A stretch of 45,432 nt of DNA. Source: Rhizaria sp. SCN 62-66. Taxonomy: Eukaryota. How positions within the stretch are numbered: position 1 is the first letter of the stretch; each line of letters opens with the position of its first letter. Positions 42,601-45,432 of the stretch are shown here, in pieces. Location of the stretch: positions 1-45,432 of the forward strand of contig MEDY01000247.1 of the NCBI GenBank assembly GCA_001724265.1, in the 5' to 3' direction. A program made the translations under genes and the position numbers. The notes under the pieces are model-generated. The model saw only the letters and a program-made list of their open reading frames with translations, did not search any database and was not told where the DNA came from.

Positions 42601-43212
42601 GTCGGCGTTGCCATTGCCGGGCACAGGGCCCTGCTGCTGCTGCTGCTGCTGCTGGTTGGTGTTGCCGTTGCCGTTGTTGTTGAACTGGGGCCCGGGGCCG
42701 TAGTTGTTGTAGTAGCCGTGGCCGTGGCCGTGGGGGCCGGCGCGGCGCGGGCCGGCGGGGCCGCCGTGGCCGTGGGGCCCGTACGCCGGGTACCCGCCGT
42801 TGCCGTTGCTGCCGTTGGTGGGGTGAGGCGGCGGAGGGGCGAAGCCGCCGGGGCCCGGAGGCGCAAAGCCGGGCCCCTGCTGCCCCTGCGGGGGCTGCTG
42901 GCCGTTGTAGTAGCCGCCGTGCGGGGGCCCGCGGCCGGGCGGCGCGAAACCAGGCCCTTGCTGCTGCTGCTGCTGCTGCTGCTGATGCTGTGGGGCAAAG
43001 CCCTGGGGCGAGAAGACGGCAGACTTGGCGTTGAGCGCAGCCTTGGTCGCAGCCGCGGCGGCGGCGGCGTCGTCGTCGCTCGGCCGCGACTGCTGCTGCT
43101 GCTCTTGCTGGGAGGCGGCAGCGGCGGCGGCGGCGGGGCCCTTGCCTGCGGCCGTAGGGCCGGGGCTGGGGGCGGGTTTGGAGCTCTTGGCGGCGGCGCG
43201 GGGTGAGCTCAT
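39649..43212 (-). CDS. La-related RNA-binding protein, LARP6-like (PAM2-like motif, G/Y/N/H-rich region, split La motif, RRM, C-terminal LSA/SUZ-C-like motif), 1187 aa
   Basis: LNAKSAVFSP (PAM2-like, 43035-43006). La motif pieces VEGWFSHANMAADAEL and LLAALRESQRLRLCADDTLIECRNP. RRM TVYADGF...FAVFGEVRSV...AVLVEF. RHARGPQPGKGF near the C-terminus. Stop TGA. Confidence 0.7.
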   Translation of the reverse strand: MSSPRAAAKSSKPAPSPGPTAAGKGPAAAAAAASQQEQQQQSRPSDDDAAAAAAATKAALNAKSAVFSPQGFAPQHQQQQQQQQQGPGFAPPGRGPPHGGYYNGQQPPQGQQGPGFAPPGPGGFAPPPPHPTNGSNGNGGYPAYGPHGHGGPAGPRRAGPHGHGHGYYNNYGPGPQFNNNGNGNTNQQQQQQQQGPVPGNGNADGNGGAAAPAETSNGDGDGANGNIGPNGYAPGPHQGSPGPHGPPGPHGHPGYGSGYGLPFNGPYGGGRYGPHGHGYGGYGPRSHGNSYNGPYGGPPGGYGHGPNGGGNNANNAGHSHGDGGGSVSPNGSGAGNAAAEGAGAGDGDGDGSTAAGYAPTTASSSSSSSSSASGYYDHNGYAHGHGHGHQGGQRPPRHQYHGPGGYGSGAYGGGYGGGYGGGGGGGYGASPGGPHGHGHGHAHSHHGHHGHHGHGGPDGWQLPQSHLRSVARAVRLCVEGWFSHANMAADAELRAHMAEHAAEPALVGAGSTSGNSDGLGPVEGVASPTASASASASGEPRIGVVTVGWVLARLNAVALAKQAQAQAAAAAAATASASESGATHNAISGDSGSSSSSSCELTPASPTSPASPSTAPSAAAPGTASASTASSSSSSSSAVGNGNGTGTGTTTLPASALMLPVPVQLPQLLAALRESQRLRLCADDTLIECRNPVRDVKCTVYADGFAANTAVEALRERFAVFGEVRSVVPCLHVKAPAPQHSGYAETGLQPGQPVTAVLVEFAKKKDAFRAVAVATANAKAKPSAGGSTAAAAAAAAAAAAAAAAAASASADESSEAPSPATPGGGSASAQPLVDPAVFKGMHIMPMYAYLPMVKDKKAATPANASGSTAAAAASGTPVAAAAAASASANASSLPLSPPALGGSRGAERSASATSTGNGNGNGASSERGWGAGSGRLRPQARVNNGNKDGAAGKEAVASVAMAAPPSYASIVAGTAKPEPAAVPASVPTVLAVSALAASALAASAPASSAPAASAPGVTMSAILSGKSRPVASAAAPAAPKSRPQQQQQQRQASPSPSPSPVPLPLPLPSPSPSLSAASASFNGGGASARLPLPAASASASASGGPASGLLSARSPSFRPASVLATETSALSSPLVRSLKAQAEARVQVRHARGPQPGKGFMQCFGIGSEERPVAWDPKVPYGQMLFQ

Positions 43213-44018
43213 CGTTCGGGCGCGCGCGGTCCGGGGAAGAAGGCGCGACTCTGCGGAGCAAGGGGAACAGGGAAGAAGCGGGGCGAAAGAGCGGAGTGAG
43301 CACGGGCGCGCGGAACGGAGGCCAGACTCAGAGACATCATCGCGATTCGCTGGGCGGCGACGGTCAGAAGCCGTTGGGGCCGCGTGCGGCGAGAAACAGG
43401 CACGCGGTGCGGCGTGTCACATCGGGAGAAAAACATTTAGCAACGAAGAGCATTATACGGCATTATTGCTACGCGATTAGAGGGAATCGAAGCGTTGGGT
43501 CGAGCCGACACCCGATTTCGAGGTGTGTCCAGCGTCACCGCGGACGACGCACTCACCAATACATTCCCACCTAATTCCGCACACTTCATGAAAACAACTG
43601 CGTAGTTCGATTCCAACTGCAACTAAGGCAGCTGTAAAAACTATTCCTGGTCTTTCCACGGAAGGCATACTCGCGAAACGAGCTCGGTTTTGAATGCGTC
43701 TGGGTCAGAACCGGCTTGACTTTCCGAGCCACGAGCCGCTGGACCTCTCTCTCTGCGAGTCCACTCGCGACTGTGAGCAAGTCAGCCGATTAAGGACCTC
43801 AAGAGGCATTTCGTAGGTGAGACGAGTGCCTTAAGACGTGAAATTTTGATATGTTATGAATTTTAGAGGATTTGCTATGATACTCGAACCAAATGTGTAC
43901 TGACGGTCATGAGACTGAGTATACCCATGGGTCGTGTGCTTACTCGCGATTCCCCCTCTTCACAGCCTCTTTCCCTCCTTCACTGCCCCCAGCGAGTCCC
44001 CCGAGCCTTTCTGCCCCC

Positions 44019-44458
44019 ATGGACGCGCCTGCCCAGTCCAACGACGAGAATGCTCCCATGGAGGAGGTCCTCACCACCACCCTGTCCAACATGTACGTCT
44101 TCTGGCCCCCTCTTTGGTGGTTCTCTACTCCCACTCTTTCTTTCTTGTCACTCACCTGCCATCTCTGTTATCTAATTTCATTCTCTCGCCCTCTCCCGCC
44201 GCCCGCCGCTCGCCGCCGCCCGCCAGGATTTCCCAGCAGGGCGTCAAGGGCGTGCTGGTGACTGACCACGAGGGTCTATGCGTGGCCGCGCGCGGCAGCC
44301 TCGACGCCGCCAACGCGGCGCGCTTTACCAGCACGCTCGAGAACGCGGCCAAGCTGGGCGGAGAGACCGACGAGGTCCCCACCGTCACCGTCGAGACCGC
44401 GCAGAGCACGATTACCATTGTCTCCAAGGACGGCTTCATCACTGCCGTCTGCAAGTAA
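44019..44458 (+). CDS. LAMTOR5: Ragulator complex subunit LAMTOR5 (HBXIP), ~101 aa; exons 44019-44092, 44227-44458
   Basis: Spliced product MEEVLTTTLSNM|ISQQGVKGVLVTDHEGLCVAARGSL...AAKL...VPTVTVET...IVSKDGFITAVCK matches the recalled LAMTOR5 pattern. One GTACGT..CAG intron. Stop TAA. Confidence 0.88.
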
Positions 44459-44742
44459 GCACGTACGCGCCTCGCGCCGTTTCGATCTATCACTCAAGAT
44501 TTGTTCTGTTTTCCGTTATTTTCACATCTGTTTGTTCATTAGCTGTCGTAATTTCATAGAGTAGTTGTGTTCGAATACAATACCACGTTACATATCCATA
44601 TTCCACTCTAAATGGTGATAAACAAGAAACTCTTTATTCTCGATTCGACTAAGTAACAGTTCTTTGTAGTCTGACACATGAGCTTGTGATTGTGATAGTG
44701 GAATAATTCGCTTCTTAGGCGCACGCACAGTCCCCGCTAAGC

Positions 44743-45432
44743 TCACCGCACGCCGCCCAGCCCTCCGGCCCGGTGTCCAGTCCCCGCGCCGCCGCCCCCG
44801 CTGCCCGCGCCCGCGCCCACGCCCGCGCCGGCGCCGGCCCCGACGGCCGCAGCGCCCACGCCGGCCGAGAGCGCGGCCGCGGCCGAGGCGGAAGACACGA
44901 GCGCGCCGTGGTGCGAGTACTCGGCCGCCTTGGCCTGGAAACGCTGCAGAATCGGCAGGTCCGTGTCCTGACTCAGACGCTCCGCCGCCGCCGCCGAGCG
45001 CCGGCCCGCCGCGCGCCCGCCGCGCGCGCCCCCGGCCCCCGCTGCGCCCGCCGCTGCGCCGGTGTAGCTGAGCCCGAACTGGCCCTGCCTGAGGCCGCCC
45101 TGCGCGGGCAAGAACGCCCCCGCGCCGGGCCCCGCCGCAGCCAGGCCCGCAGCGCCCGGCGGGCCGCCCTGCAGCCGCTGCAATCGCGGCCCCAGCAGCG
45201 CGCCCGTTGGCGTGCCCGCGCCGAAGCCGTAGCCGACGCCCGCCTCGCCCGCCGCGGGCGCCGCGAACGGCAGCCCCTCGCGCAGCAGCGGCAGCGTGCC
45301 GGGCCCCGCGGCCGCGGACGCAGCGCCGCCGCGGCCGCCGCTACCGCGGGCATATGCGCTGTAGCCCGCGGCCGCGCTGCTCGACTGGGACATCGCCGCA
45401 GCGCCCGCGGCGGCGAGCGCGATGCTCCCGCC
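44743..45432 (-). CDS. 3' end of a Gly/Ala-rich hypothetical protein, truncated by the window edge
   Basis: The frame stays open to the window end, composition is coding-like, and an AT-richer region follows the TGA stop. Confidence 0.6.
   Translation of the reverse strand, partial: GGSIALAAAGAAAMSQSSSAAAGYSAYARGSGGRGGAASAAAGPGTLPLLREGLPFAAPAAGEAGVGYGFGAGTPTGALLGPRLQRLQGGPPGAAGLAAAGPGAGAFLPAQGGLRQGQFGLSYTGAAAGAAGAGGARGGRAAGRRSAAAAERLSQDTDLPILQRFQAKAAEYSHHGALVSSASAAAALSAGVGAAAVGAGAGAGVGAGAGSGGGGAGTGHRAGGLGGVR

Overview
Eukaryotic nuclear DNA from a gene-dense, probably flagellated protist (it carries CFAP299). Coding sequence is very GC-rich and Ala/Gly/Gln-rich; introns and spacers are AT-richer. 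I find 11 complete genes and one 5'-truncated gene: kinesin-5, CFAP299, an EF-hand + DUSP23-like phosphatase, a twin PARP-type zinc-finger protein, MAD2, a TPMT-family methyltransferase, an orphan with a mitochondrial-type presequence, a ~4300-aa low-complexity protein with one frameshift, a secreted tenascin-type EGF-repeat protein, a LARP6-like protein, LAMTOR5 and a partial Gly/Ala-rich CDS. I reconstructed 13 GT-AG introns by hand, and all 13 have GTNCG donors. Most interesting signals: (1) every complete gene has a pyrimidine tract + YAG just upstream of its ATG but no upstream GTACG donor, the pattern expected from spliced-leader trans-splicing; (2) the kinesin-5, MAD2 and zinc-finger upstream regions share sequence blocks, including Myb/MSA-like AACGG; (3) TPMT has an in-frame TAG at codon 4 while none of the 12 genes ends in TAG; (4) compact domains are split by large low-complexity insertions; (5) SLLE motifs recur in the EGF protein. 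All family calls come from recalled motifs, not database searches. I saw no RNA genes, CRISPR arrays or transposons.
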